Source: Caecitellus pseudoparvulus (lineage: Eukaryota > Protista > Bigyra: Bicosoecida). Taken from it: a stretch of DNA of 64,000 nt. Position numbers and translations under genes: made by a program. Location of the stretch: positions 558,001-622,000 of the forward strand of contig CBFFRQ010000067.1 of assembly GCA_965644315.1 (NCBI GenBank). Reading direction: 5' to 3'. This document shows, piece after piece, positions 46,200 through 58,400 of this stretch. The notes beneath the pieces are model-generated. The model did no database searches. It was not told where the DNA came from and worked only from the letters and a program-made list of their open reading frames with translations. Numbering within the stretch: the first letter of the stretch is position 1; each line of letters starts with the position of its first letter.

Positions 46200-49100
46200 T
46201 CACTTTCGCTTCTTGCGGCTGCGCCGGGGCTTCCAGCGTGTGCCGATGCGTGCGACGGGCTGCGACTTGGACACCGGCAAGGCCTGCACCGCTGGCAGGT
46301 CCTGCTTCGGTGTTGGTGAGGGGCTGGCCGCCGTGTCAGTGGCACTCTCCTGCAGGGCCGTGGCCAGGGCTGCCGCGGCGGAGCCCATGGCTGACATGGC
46401 CGCCAGCTCCTTCTGCAGCGCCACGGCCTTCTCTGTGAACTTGCGAATCCACTGCTCGGCAGCTTGCGCGGCCTTGGCACCCTCCTCACCTCGGGCCTGG
46501 TGAATGCGCAGGGCAGTCTTCTCTGCCTCCACTGCCTTGCGGAAGTTGCTGCGAGCCGACCAAGTCATAGCAGTGGCGTGGGCGCACGCGGCGGCCTGTG
46601 CGTCGTCAGCGCATCGCGACTGCGCGACGCTGAAGGACTGCAGGGCCAGGTTTGAGTGCCGCGCATCGTGTGCCAGCATGCCCACGCGAACGTACGTCGC
46701 CACACTCATGGGGTGGCGTGGGCCCACCACCACCTCCAGCAGGTACAGCACGCGGTGGTAGTGGTGAATGGCTTGGGAAAGCATGCCGGCGCCCGCCAGC
46801 ACCGCTGCCAGTGTGTCATGGGCCCGGATCGTCTCTGAGGCATCCAGGCCCAGCAGCTGCTCGTACAGGGTGACAGCTTGGCGTTGGCAGGCCACCGCCC
46901 CCGCTCTGTCCTTCAGGTGCCACAGGATGAGCGCTTGGAGGGAGCAGCACTGGGCCGTGTCGGGGTGGGCCACGCCGACGACGATGTACAGCACTCCGAA
47001 GGCGTCGTTGGCCTTGGCCAGCGCCTCCTCGTACTTGCGCTGGGCCATGAGGCTTCGTGCCTGCACCATGAGAGCCTGCGCGTCTGGGCTGATGGGGCTT
47101 GGGAGGCAGTGCTTCACCACCGGCACGAGCCCCACAATGTGCTCCAGGGTGATGGGGTTGGCTCGGGTCCAGTCAATGGGCAGGGCTGCGAGCTGCAGGC
47201 CCGCCTTCTGGGCGATGCGGCGGAGGAGGGCGGGCCGGTGGCACCGCTCGAAGCAGGTGATGGAAGGCACGGGTGGCGGGGGGTGGGATGACCCATCGTC
47301 GTCGGTGTACTTCCACCAGTGCTTGAAGGAGCAGTCCGTGTTGGGCCTTTTCAGCACCGAGCTGTACCCACCCGATTCCCAGAACAGCGACAGCCGCGTT
47401 TTAAAGTGACTCTCGATCTCCCGCCTGATCCAAGACCACAAGAGCATGGGGCGCATGAACTGCCTGTCTGCATCGATGACTCCGAGGATGTGGGGAGGGC
47501 AAAACTGGGGCGGCGAACCCGCCTCGGCTTCTGCGAGGAAGCTGGCGATGGACTTGCGCCACGCCTTGGGCAGGGAAGGAGACGCCGGGATCCCGCCTTT
47601 GTGAAGATGCTGTGGCCCCTTGCCGTCTGGCGCCCCCAGCACCGCGTTCAGGAACAAGGCCGTGGCGTAGGCTGGCGGCAGGAGGTCTCGCCCGGTGGAG
47701 GCGAGGAAGTGGTGCAGCTTGCGCCGCACCATGCGTGACACCATCTCCACCTCCAACAACTCACGCACGACAAGCGGCACGTCGCCCCGCGCCTCGCCCT
47801 CCACAGCCATGGTGTGCAGGATGCCCATGTGGCGCATGTTCACGCCCCGGGCGTGCAGAAACGTCGTCAGCGCTGCACCGTCCGTGATGTGTGTAACAGC
47901 GGCACATAGCTCTTTGAACGCACGAGGCAGGACGACATCATGGTAGAAGCTCTGCAGTTTGACCAGCACTTCGCCATCTGCCTCAGCACAGGGCTCCCCT
48001 GCTGGGTCTGTGCAGCGGTCTTGGAAGCGCGTGATGAGGTTCACGTTCAGCGCCAGGGGTGGTGGCTCAGTCTGCCCTTCCTTGCGGGCTTCTTCAGCCC
48101 AATGCCGGGCAAACGCCTGGACCAGCTCGGGCCGGTACAGGGCGACGTAGCCCGTTTCGTTCTGCGGCAGCACACTGGGCAGGCAGCGCATGCGCGTGTC
48201 TGGGCTGGCCAGTTCCTTGGGGGGGTCCGGCCAGTAGTCCGATGGCTGCAGCACACTCTGAGGCGAGCCGTCGTCGAACCAAAGGGTGTACCTCAGCGTG
48301 TCGTCACGAATGTAAAAGTGCCGGTCGGGGGGGCTCAGGCGCCCCAAGTCCAGCAGGTAGCTCCGCCCGTCGCTGCCGACGATGCCCTTGCACTCCACTG
48401 GGCCCACCAGTGGCACTGGCTTCATGCTGTGCATGGGCTCGGAGCCTTCCGGTAGCATGTCGCTGGCGAGGGGCCTGACGATGCGCTCTGCGACGTGCAG
48501 GCGGTCGCAAAGCGTGCGCATGAGGCCGTGCATCTCGGGGTCGCTGACGATAGTGATGCCGTTCGTAACGGAGCCGTACACGAGGCTGGAGGCGTGCTCG
48601 CCCTGCATGATGCCGGGGATGATGCTCTGCGCCACGAAGCGCAGGCCTCCAATGTTCACGAGGGTCGTGGCCAGGGTGTGCAGGCCCGGCACGCCACACG
48701 CGTTCACCACCTTCAGCATGCGCAGGTCGTGGTTGGAGTCGGAGACAGAGGCAGCTTCGGGGGGCACATCCCACTTGACAGCTGCAGCCATGTCACCCCC
48801 TGCCCGGGCAGCGCCCCCGCCCCCTTCCGAGCTGCCCAGCATGCTCGCCAGTCCAGTGCCCTCCGTATCCGCCTCCGACAGCTGCAGCCGCGCCTCCGCC
48901 TCCCGCTGCTTCTGGTGCCGGTTCAGCGCCATGGAGAAGAAGATGTTGTTGAACACGTACACGCGCTGGCCGTGGAAATCCCCCGGGTTCAGCGGCAGCA
49001 CATGGCCGTGCTTGATGGCCATGGCGCCCTGTGCCGCCGCCTCCACAAAGTCCACCAGAACCTTGTGCTGGCCCCGGCTGCGCATGGCGCGCTCCTCGGC

Positions 49101-50468
49101 TGTCGACGTGGGGAACTCGAAGCAGGCCTGCAGCTCCTCGTTCCACTCCCGCAGCGTACCCCGCTCGTCCATGCCGTAGGAGCTGGTGAGGTCGTCTTCA
49201 GCTCGCTGGGGGTCAAAGCCGTGCCCTTCGCCGAAGCTGTCAGGAGGTGGCACCAGCCATGGCATGGTGCTGAACGCCAGGCCACTGCCGATGGAAGACA
49301 ACGCGCCGTTGAATGCCGGCACTGTCCCGTGGCCGTGCGTGCGAAAGCCTGGGTAGGAGTTGCGGTCCAGCAGGCGCCCCCTCCATGGGGCCGTGGCGGG
49401 GTGCATCATGTTGTCATCTTGCGCACTCGGCAGGCAAGGCACCCTGCCCTCGATGCGGCCAGACGTAGACGCTTCAAGGAGCGCCTTGAAGCCTGACGCG
49501 AAGGTGGGGCTCACGGCCCGCAGCAGGTCGATGAGATTGGCGGCGAAGTGGCTGTTGGCAGGCTCGGGGGAGAGGGGGCCGCCTGACTGGGTGCTGTTTA
49601 TGAAGAAGCCGTGCGTTGTGCAGGTGATGCAGAGGTAGGAGCCCTCCAGCGTCTCCACATCAATGTACATGAGGTCACCCACTGCTGCACGCAGGGAAGG
49701 TGGAGGGTTGTACCCGCTGAAGGTCACATACCGCAGACACGGCGGCAACTTTGGGTTGGCGACGGAGCCTCCTCCGATGCTGGTGCCTGGGCAACCGCCC
49801 GAGACAGTGTGGAAGGCAGTCAGGTCAGCCTGCACGGGCAGGGTGAGCATGGGCAGCGCTGCCTCTGCTTCCTTCTGGACGATCTGTGAACGCAGGAGGG
49901 CATTCACCATGCCACCCGACGCTCCCAGAGAAGAGGCTGAAGACAGCGTCGACGCGTCACTGCCACCATCCCCTGTTGCAGACTGCGCAGCGAACTCTTT
50001 GGGCAGCTTGTGCAGGCGCATGGCGCTGCCAGGGGGCGGTGGCGGCGCTGCAGCAGCTTGCGTTGCTGAGGCCGCTGCGGTGCCAGCTGCGGTGGCGGCG
50101 CCTGCGTCCTCATCGCCGCCACTGGTCAGCGTGCGGGCCATAGGAATGCCGTGGCACAGTATGTGTCGCACTCTGCGCAAGTGTAACCGGGCGCCCCGCT
50201 TGTCATACACCGTGGGGCGGACGTGCAGCTTGGCATTCGACAAGTCATATTCCGCAAAGTATGCGTAGTCGTGGAGGACGACGGAGCGCTCACCACGCTG
50301 CAGCTCCAAGATGAAACTCGTCCACATGCACGTTTCAGGGTACATCGTCAGCATGCTGCGTGCCTGTGCCACTGACACTTCCATGAGCGGTTCCGGGTCA
50401 ATCTCCAGTTCAGTGCCGTCTGGCAAGCTCAGACACAGCCTGTCCCTTCCTGCCTCTTTCTCAGCCAT
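46200..50468 (-). CDS. CLU1: Clustered mitochondria protein (Clu1/CLUH), intronless
   Basis: SGYNPPP..RAAVGDLMYI, REWNEELQ, YVFNNIFFS, AQSIIPG, ECKGIVGSDGRSYLLDL.R, LHARGVNMRHMG, and C-terminal TPRs. Confidence 0.95.
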   Translation of the reverse strand: MAEKEAGRDRLCLSLPDGTELEIDPEPLMEVSVAQARSMLTMYPETCMWTSFILELQRGERSVVLHDYAYFAEYDLSNAKLHVRPTVYDKRGARLHLRRVRHILCHGIPMARTLTSGGDEDAGAATAAGTAAASATQAAAAPPPPPGSAMRLHKLPKEFAAQSATGDGGSDASTLSSASSLGASGGMVNALLRSQIVQKEAEAALPMLTLPVQADLTAFHTVSGGCPGTSIGGGSVANPKLPPCLRYVTFSGYNPPPSLRAAVGDLMYIDVETLEGSYLCITCTTHGFFINSTQSGGPLSPEPANSHFAANLIDLLRAVSPTFASGFKALLEASTSGRIEGRVPCLPSAQDDNMMHPATAPWRGRLLDRNSYPGFRTHGHGTVPAFNGALSSIGSGLAFSTMPWLVPPPDSFGEGHGFDPQRAEDDLTSSYGMDERGTLREWNEELQACFEFPTSTAEERAMRSRGQHKVLVDFVEAAAQGAMAIKHGHVLPLNPGDFHGQRVYVFNNIFFSMALNRHQKQREAEARLQLSEADTEGTGLASMLGSSEGGGGAARAGGDMAAAVKWDVPPEAASVSDSNHDLRMLKVVNACGVPGLHTLATTLVNIGGLRFVAQSIIPGIMQGEHASSLVYGSVTNGITIVSDPEMHGLMRTLCDRLHVAERIVRPLASDMLPEGSEPMHSMKPVPLVGPVECKGIVGSDGRSYLLDLGRLSPPDRHFYIRDDTLRYTLWFDDGSPQSVLQPSDYWPDPPKELASPDTRMRCLPSVLPQNETGYVALYRPELVQAFARHWAEEARKEGQTEPPPLALNVNLITRFQDRCTDPAGEPCAEADGEVLVKLQSFYHDVVLPRAFKELCAAVTHITDGAALTTFLHARGVNMRHMGILHTMAVEGEARGDVPLVVRELLEVEMVSRMVRRKLHHFLASTGRDLLPPAYATALFLNAVLGAPDGKGPQHLHKGGIPASPSLPKAWRKSIASFLAEAEAGSPPQFCPPHILGVIDADRQFMRPMLLWSWIRREIESHFKTRLSLFWESGGYSSVLKRPNTDCSFKHWWKYTDDDGSSHPPPPVPSITCFERCHRPALLRRIAQKAGLQLAALPIDWTRANPITLEHIVGLVPVVKHCLPSPISPDAQALMVQARSLMAQRKYEEALAKANDAFGVLYIVVGVAHPDTAQCCSLQALILWHLKDRAGAVACQRQAVTLYEQLLGLDASETIRAHDTLAAVLAGAGMLSQAIHHYHRVLYLLEVVVGPRHPMSVATYVRVGMLAHDARHSNLALQSFSVAQSRCADDAQAAACAHATAMTWSARSNFRKAVEAEKTALRIHQARGEEGAKAAQAAEQWIRKFTEKAVALQKELAAMSAMGSAAAALATALQESATDTAASPSPTPKQDLPAVQALPVSKSQPVARIGTRWKPRRSRKKRK

Positions 50469-51004
50469 GGTGACACTTCAGGATAAGGCGCTGCTACTCC
50501 GCTTACGATGATTAAGCAGAAGGATCGGGAGGGGTGCCTGTGAGCGCCGTACTCTCCTCGCTTGGCCGGCAGTGGCTGTGAGTCGCTTCGAATTACGCAG
50601 CTCGAATACCGCAGCCACGTCAGAGTGGCCCACAGAAAGCCTTTGCAGCGCGTGCAGCTGGTTGCAGAGTCCACCACTCTGCTCTAGTGATACCATGGCG
50701 GGCTGAGATTCCTGCGGGCTTCGTGAAAGTGGCGCCATGATGGTTTTGCGGAGCCCGGCGCCGAGCTGGTCAGGCACATGTGTGCGCCACAGTGGCGGGG
50801 GCGCGGCACCCCCCTCCATGCGAGGAAGGCACACCAAGAATGGACCGACAATTCCACGCACACGCAGCCGGCAGGACACATCGCCGCGCGCTCAGCCCCT
50901 GCCGTCCTTCTCTGCTTGCGCCCACTCGCCCCGTTCCCACCTCCGGGCAAGGCCCAATTCCGCACGAGGAGACAGACACCGCCACTGGCTCCACCTGCAG
51001 CACC

Positions 51005-51680
51005 ATGGCTGCAGCGGGCGACACTCCAGCTGAGCTCTTGAATGACATCTTCACCGTGACGGCCGTCAACCCCGACGGCAAGAAGTTTGACAAGGGTTGG
51101 TCGAGCAGGGAACGCCAGGCGCAGTTTCCGCAGCGCCACTTCTCGCCTGCCCCCCGCCTGCCGCAGTGAACCGACTCATCTGCAAGTCCGAGACATATGG
51201 CATTGACATGTCCATTGACATTGCCTCGGAGGTGTACCCGCTCAAGAAGGACGAGAAATTCGCCATGGTGCTGCGGTCCACGCTGCGCCTGGATGGCAAG
51301 CCTGACGATGGCACGTACGACCAGTCCACAAAGGTGGGTAGGGGCCAGCCGAGCCAGGTACTGAACCAACCCCATACCCTGACCGGGACCACTCCTTCCT
51401 CACTTGTGCAGGAGTCTGCTCTGGACGCCTTCGAGTACGGCATGAGCGGCAAGATTTTCAAGTACGACCACGCAGAAGACGCCAGAGTGTACGTGCAGCC
51501 ACACCCTGCCTCATCGCTGCGTGCATTGACTCCACAAGGCGCTCACGCCACAGGTCCATCTACGCTTCCTATGGCGGCTTGCTCATGCTGGTGCAGGGCA
51601 AGGCTGAGCATCTCAAGGCACTCAAACTCGACTCGCGTGTGTACTGTCTCATGCGGCGGGCAGCGTCAGGAGGCATGTGA
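51005..51680 (+). CDS. RPB8: RNA polymerases I/II/III shared subunit RPB8 (4 exons)
   Basis: DIFTVTAVNPDGKKFDK|VNRL, DIASEVYPL, FEYGMSGKIFK, SIYASYGGLLMLVQG, RVYCLMRR. Confidence 0.95.
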
Positions 51681-51707
51681 GCGCCCCACGCTACACGCGC
51701 CTCCCAC

Positions 51708-53950
51708 CTACTTGAATCCATCATGTTGCACTCGTCCCCGGCGCCGCCCCTTGCCGCGCCGCCCACCACCACCACCACCACCACCGCCCGCCGCTCCTCG
51801 ACCTCGCCCAGCCCCCCGCCCAGCCCCCCGCCCAGCCCCCCGCGCAGCCCCCTTTGGCTGCCCTCGGTGGGCCATGAGCGTCACGATGGGGCGGGGGTAC
51901 GCAGCAGCGCCTGCACTCGGGTCCCCCAGCACTGCATGGCGGGGGTCATGCAGGTGCTGGGTTGCCGCCCCAGCGACCTCAGGACACCACAGTCGCATGT
52001 ACTCCCCCTCCCCATCGTAGTTGCGGCTTTGCTTGGGGATGAGGAAGTACCTGTCGGCTCGCGGGTCAGCTCCTACACCTGCGACGTATGTCCAGTTTCC
52101 GTAGTTTGAGGCGGGGTCGTGGTCCAGCAGCAAGCTTTCAAACAGCTCGGCGCCCAGGCGCCAGTCCATGCCTAGGTCTTTCACGAAGAAGCTAGCGACG
52201 TTCTGGCGGCCTCGGTTGGACATGAACCCCGTGGCAGCCAACTCTCGCATGTTGGCGTCGACGAACGGGTACCCTGTGCGGCCCCACGCCCAGGCAGCGA
52301 GTTTGGCTCCGTCCCGCAGCCACGTGCGAGGTGCAGTGCTGCGCTGCGGGCCGCTGAGCCAAAACATGGTCGTGCCCCACTTCAGCGCGGAAAACCGGAA
52401 GAAATCACGCCACAGCAGCTCGAACAGCATCCAGTAGGTGGACTTGTTGGCCACACGGTGCGCTTCGTACGATGCAACGTGTTGGGCGATGAGACGCGGG
52501 CTGATGTTGCCGTGTGCCAGCCACGGCGAGAACTTGCTGCTGTAGTCCGCGCCCACCAGTCCATTGCGTGTGTCCTTGTACGTGCGCAGGCAGTCCCTGT
52601 CCCAAATATACCCTTGCAGCCGAGCGAGGGCGGCGGCTTCCCCGCCAAGGAAAGTGTGCGCAGCACGTGGGTCGTGGAGTGCTGCAGAAAAGTCTGCTTT
52701 GCTCTCTGCTGGCACGTCCAGGGCATCTGCAATGGCTGGAGGAGGGGTGATGCCTGCCGCCTTCAGCAGCTGTGCGGCGCCGTCTGAGCTGCCAGGCGCC
52801 TGCGCAGAACCACCACCTGCCACTGGCTTGCCACCGTCAGCGGCGCTTCCAAGCCACGTCAGTGCCAGGGCTTGGGCAGGGCCGGTGGAGGGGGGCACAG
52901 GTGGGACCTCGGAGAAGGGTGCCACTGGCGGCAGTGGGGCCACTCCCAGCTCCGCGAGGGTTGGCAATGTGCCATTGCCCTCATTCGCTGCTGCACCTGC
53001 TCGAAACGCAGCAGGCATGGGAAGAGAGCCTTTGATGAAAGGGGCAGGCTTCAGCACTGCCGGGGTCGGCAACGGCTCCCGCAGCGGGCTGTTCTTCTCC
53101 ACTGTTTTCCTGAACGCCGTGAACACCGCAGGCGTCTCCGTTTGAGGGTCGAATGGCAAGTCGTCAATGTGGTACATGGTGCCACCCCACACCTTGTGCC
53201 ACAGAGGTGCGCAGCCTTGCTTGCGCAGACCTCGCTCCACTGCTGCATCAATGTCCAGCTCTTCTGAGCACACCTGCGCCACACAGCGAGGAGGTGCGGA
53301 CGATTCAAGCCATTGCGTGATGCCAGCCGCATGCGCGTGCGTCACACATACCTCTCGGTGGCTGTACAGGCTGCAAGCTGAAGTTTCCGCACACAGCGCT
53401 GGAATGGCGTGCTCTGCCTTGCCCATGCGTATGACAAGGGAGGAACCCTTTGCCTCAAGGCTCTGCAGGGGGGTGCAGCGGTGTGCCTCGTTGCCAGGCC
53501 CAATCAGGTGCGGATTTTGCCGGCCTCACCTGACGCAAGTTTGCCACACTTTGGAGGAGGAAGCGGGCCCTGTGGGGCCCAGTTTTTGGGAATCCAAAAG
53601 CAGTGCTCCCAAACCAATGTGGATCGAAGCAGAAGACGTGCACCACTGAGTCGTTTTCCTCGTGGGCCTTTGTCAAGACTTCATTGTCGTGCAGCCTCTG
53701 TGAAACACGCCACGTCACTGCATCAGGTTCAGGCTGAAACCCGCTCAGGAACGCCTGCGCGACGCACCTGGTCAGTGTGCTTGAACCAGACGAGCCCAAC
53801 CCGTTCCCCCTTGCTCTCGACACTTGCTGCCATGCCTTGCTGGTTGAAGTGCTGCAGGAAGATGGACGACCTCCTCACGCACGCAGCGCTGGGGGTGTTG
53901 GACCGCAGTTGAAGAGTCCTTGCTGACCACCGCAGAGCTGCAGCAATCAT
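51708..53950 (-). CDS. Cryptochrome DASH (4 exons; alternative start at 53833)
   Basis: LVWF...RLHDN, FGFPKTGPHRARFLLQSV, YKDTRNGLVGADYSSKFSPWLAHG, STYWMLFELLWRDFF, GFMSNRGRQNVASF, SNYGNW.YVAGVG.DPR.DRYF. Confidence 0.95.
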
Positions 53951-54134
53951 GAGAACAGCTGCATTGATGTGCGCGGCATACCGAGTTAAGCCAGGCGAGC
54001 GAATTTACCACGTGCACGTGTTGTGTGGCGACGAAATGAAGGCACGCGTGTGTCGCTTTGAACTGCCTCGTCCTTCCACACGGGCCCACACCAGCTTGGC
54101 TTCCCAACATGGACACGTCCAACTCCTCAGAACT

Positions 54135-55279
54135 TCAGTACCCGTCCCCGTCATCATCGCCTTGCGGCGTCCCGTCCTGTCGCGGCGTGCTGCCTCTCCC
54201 GCCCCGTCGCCTTCCAGAGCCTCGCTGCGGGCCAGTTGGCGAACTGCCAGCCAACCGCGCAGTGCCCTCGCGCAGGATATCCGACATGGTGACAACCGGC
54301 TGCCCACGCCCACGCGGCGTAGCTTCTGCTTCGTCCCCGGCAGTGCCTGCATCGCCCTGCTCTGCGTCTCCACCCCTGCCCCGGCTCGGCCGGTGCCTGC
54401 GCCGCACTGGCCCTGGCTGTGCCCGCCCTGCCACTGACTCCTCCTCACCGCTGCTGGAAGTGTCTGAAGACTGCGATGCCGGTTGAGGTGTAGCTTGGCG
54501 TCTGTGGCGCCGGGCATCCTGCAGCACACCCGCTCGCAGGCGAGCTGGGGGCACGCCAGCTGAGCCCCCCACCTCGGCCCCCACGACCCCCCCCCGCGCA
54601 GCGATGGCATCCTCCTGCACCAAGCGGTAGAACTGGGCCGTCTGCGAGCGGACAAAGGAAGTCACGGCGGCGTACGCCAGGAAGATCTCCACGATGGTGA
54701 ATGCCAGCAGAGGCCACCCAAGCAGCCGCTCAATGGGCAGCGTCTCCCCTGGGGCGACAGCCAGAAGGGCCACCAGGGGCAGATTGGGGAAAATCGTCAC
54801 AAGGAGAAATGCCGAAATATCAGGCACCTGCATGGGAATGGCGGTTCATTATGCAGCTGGAGCCGGCAGGAGAGAGGTAGCAAGCTTGGCTCACCTTCTC
54901 CTTCAGGTTCCCAGAGACGCCCAGGTTCAGTCTAAAAGGCTCCATGATGCTCCACAACGAGAAGACAATAGGTCCCAGAATCTTGGTCAGGCGCCGCACA
55001 TTCTCGAACTGGGTTGTCTGCAGCGCATCAAGGCACAGCACGGGATCTGCTGAGCCAGCGTTTCAACGGCAGCGAAACGCCAGGCCAGCCTCTCACCTTG
55101 TACGCCAGTGCTGTCAAGAGGCAGGCGAAGGCAAGGAAGCTGAACAAGCGGTTGAAGTACAGCACCTTCTGCAGTGCCAGACTTGCGAGGATGGGTTTGG
55201 CTGTGAAGAAGGGGCAGGTCGGGGTGGGCGGCTGTGGGGGAAGTGCGAAGCTGCATGGCAGCTCACCCTGCAGCGGCAT
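54135..55279 (-). CDS. TMEM17: TMEM17-like ciliary transition-zone membrane protein (4 exons)
   Basis: ILASLALQKVLYFN, IMEPFRLNLGVSGNLKEK|VPDISAFLLVT, LPIER, QTAQFY. Confidence 0.8.
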
Positions 55280-55460
55280 GTTGAGCGGGAAGGGGGGGGT
55301 GTCGCGCACAGATGGCGGGTGGGGGAGTGCAGTGCACCGGTCCCCTCCACAACATGTAGGACGCAGGTCACGGTTTTGACCGCGCGGTGGAATGCTGCCA
55401 AGACAGCCTGGCAGCACGCGTGGCAACAGACAAGTGACTTGCGGTCAGCGGGGCTGCACC

Positions 55461-58400
55461 ATGGATGCCTCTCCGCAAAGGCACACTCACAGCACCACCA
55501 GGCACCAGCTCGATCGAACACTCGTGCTCAGTGAGTTTTCCTCCCTCGAACAGCACATCCATGACTTGGAAGAGGTGGAGGAGACGCGGGCAAGTCCCCA
55601 GCAGAGCGGCCGTGTCGGCTTGCTGATGCGCATGGCAAGCATGCCGAAGCTCCTCCCACCGCAAGCATCGTCTGGGAGGTCTAGTTCATGGGGATCTCTA
55701 CAAGGGGGCAATGTACGCTCAGAAGGCACTGAGTTGCCCCCTACACGTCCTGCCGCCCAGCCCAGCTTTCTGCCTTCTCCGCGAAGTCACCAGCCCAGCG
55801 CGGGTAGCGTTTCATCCCGGCCCCAACGCAGTCACTCCCGAAGCAGCCTGGACGACGAGGCAAGCTCCCAACTGCGCATAGAAGAGGCTGCTTTGTTTGT
55901 TGAAGACGTCCTTGCCCACCGGCAATTGAGAGTGCGCACGAGTGAGGCATGGGCCATTGCCCTGTACAAGCTGTACTACACAAGTGCAGCCAGGGTATTC
56001 ATTCAGTCCATCAACATCCTGCACATGGTGCTGGTGTTCTTTGAACCCAACGACAATGACGGCGAGACGTACGAGATTGTTCTTGGCATGAAGGCTTCCA
56101 GGTCGACCCTGGGTGTTGCAGTACTGTGGGTAGAGCTGCTTATCTTGCTGGCGCTGACGGCGGACATGGTGGCCAAGATGCTGGCCATTGGGCTGGACTC
56201 CTTCTTCAACTGGTCGTGGATGTTCCGCCGTGCGGCCAGGTCGCTCAGCTGCCCGCGCATCTGCAAGGGCTGCTGCACGGGAAGGCGGGGACTGGACCCG
56301 CGCCTGTCAGGCGGGCCTGTGCGCAAGCACCGCCCAACCCGCAAACAGCGAGACTCAGGGCGAGGAAGCATGCCACCACCGAAAGGGGAGGAAGGGCATC
56401 GTATGCCACACTTTCTCACTGAGAAAGGGCACTTTTGGGATGCTGTGCGTTGCCTGAGCCTGGCGTTGTTCTGGGTGGACCTGCTTGGCATGGTGGCGGT
56501 GCCTGGGCACTTCCAGTTCAGCCGGGTCCTGCGGCCCATCGTCTTCATCGCCTACAGCGGCGAGCTACGCCGGTGGGTCTTCCTCATTGCCTCCCTCTTT
56601 CCCAAGTTTGTGGAAATGCTGACCCTGCTGCTCCTCGTCGTGGCGGTGTGGGCCACGTTTGGCTTGCTCCTCTTCTACGACGACGCCGCATACTGCGGAG
56701 ACACGGCGGGGCAGAACTTCAACACTTTTTGGTCTGCCTCCCTGGCCATGTTTGCGCTGTACACGTCGGAGTCGTACCCAGACATCATGTACCCATCGTT
56801 CGGGAACGGCGCCGCCTTTTCTCGCATGTACGGCATTTACTTCATCGTGTTCGTCGTGGGCGTCCTGTTCGTGCTCAGCAACCTCATCATTCCCACCTTG
56901 TACGCATCTTTCAAGTCCAAGCGCCGGCTCTTGGCCCTGTACATGCACGTGTCACAGCGTCGTGGGCTCATGGCGGCGTTTGCGAAGCTGAATGTGCACG
57001 GGGACAACCTCATCCGCTTGCACACTTTCCGCAGTCTGCTACAGCGCTTGCGCCCAGACCTGCTTGTGGGAGGGGATGTCAAGTCAAAAGACTTCCGCTG
57101 TGCTGTGCAGCTCATGGTGGTGGAGATGCAGACAATGGCTGGCGCGGAGGGCGATGCTGATGTGGCCCTGAGCGAGTCACTAGATGCACGGTCCGTTTCA
57201 ACGAGGCAAGGGTCACATGGCAGGCAGCGCAGCTGGGATGTGGATGCCCTTGACCACGGAGGTGATGCCCGGGAGCTGCTCCATGCACGGCGGGTGCCAA
57301 GCACCCGTGCCTCCATCATGGAACTGCCTGAGCCGACCTTGCTCCTGGATTCGTCAGACAGCGAGGCAGACGATGTGGAGATTGTGAACGTTTTGAGCAC
57401 CTCCCACAGGTATCCCTTTGCGCGCTCCCACAGCATATCTACCAGTAGGCCGCTGGAGCTGTCACCTCGGGCGAGTTCCAAGGCTCATGCGGAGACTCCC
57501 CCCCGCCTACGGGACCCCAGTTTGCGAGGACTGTCCGTCGTGCAAGAGGAGGACGGGGAGTGTCGATCCAAGCGCTCCAGCACAGTGCACGGCGCTCCCA
57601 CACGCGCGAGCACAACAGTTGGCTCGCCGCGCGCCTCGGTGCAAGTGCAAGTGGTCAACCCGTTGCAGGGGCGCGCAGACCTGCGCAGGCCTCGCCTGCC
57701 CCCCCACCTGCGCGAAGGGCCAGCCAAGGTGCCCCTACAGTCCCCTGGCACGCTCCCAGGAGCGTCCAGAAGCTTGATCTCTAAAGATCTGGCCGTCTCA
57801 TCTGCACCAGCCGTGTTGGGCGTTTCGCGAGGCACGCGCGTGAGTCGAGCAGGTAGCATGTCAGCCGCAGCGCAGCCCATCGGCGTGCCTGAAGCGAAGG
57901 CGACGACGAAGAAGGGCATGAAGCGCACGTCAACAATAAAACGCTCAAAGTCCCGCCCGAACCCTCGGCTGCAGAGCTTTGCAGTGGTGTCAGAGGCGGA
58001 CATCGAGGCCGACCTGCGAGGGGTGGCAATGCCGCCCTCCAGGCAGCCATCAGTTGTTGCCGAGGCGGACGAGAGCACGCCATCTAACCCATCTGTATCT
58101 AGACAGGCATCGACCTTTGCCCAACCCAGCCCCAAGGTTGGCCTGCACCGGGGTGCCCGCCGTCGCTCGGCTGGATCAGCAGGCACTGCGAGCACGGGGG
58201 CTTGGGAAGACGCGTTGGACTTGTTCGAGTTCTTCCAGCTTGTGGACGTGATTGGGCGCTCATACAAACGCATCAGCCAGCGTGAGTTCATGCGCAGCCG
58301 CAGCTCCAGGCGGCGTGTTTCCCGCGCGCTTCTTCGGGCGTTGATGCTGGTCACACCTGGACTTGGGCTGCTCTTGGCAGCTCTCATGCCAGTGAACCCG

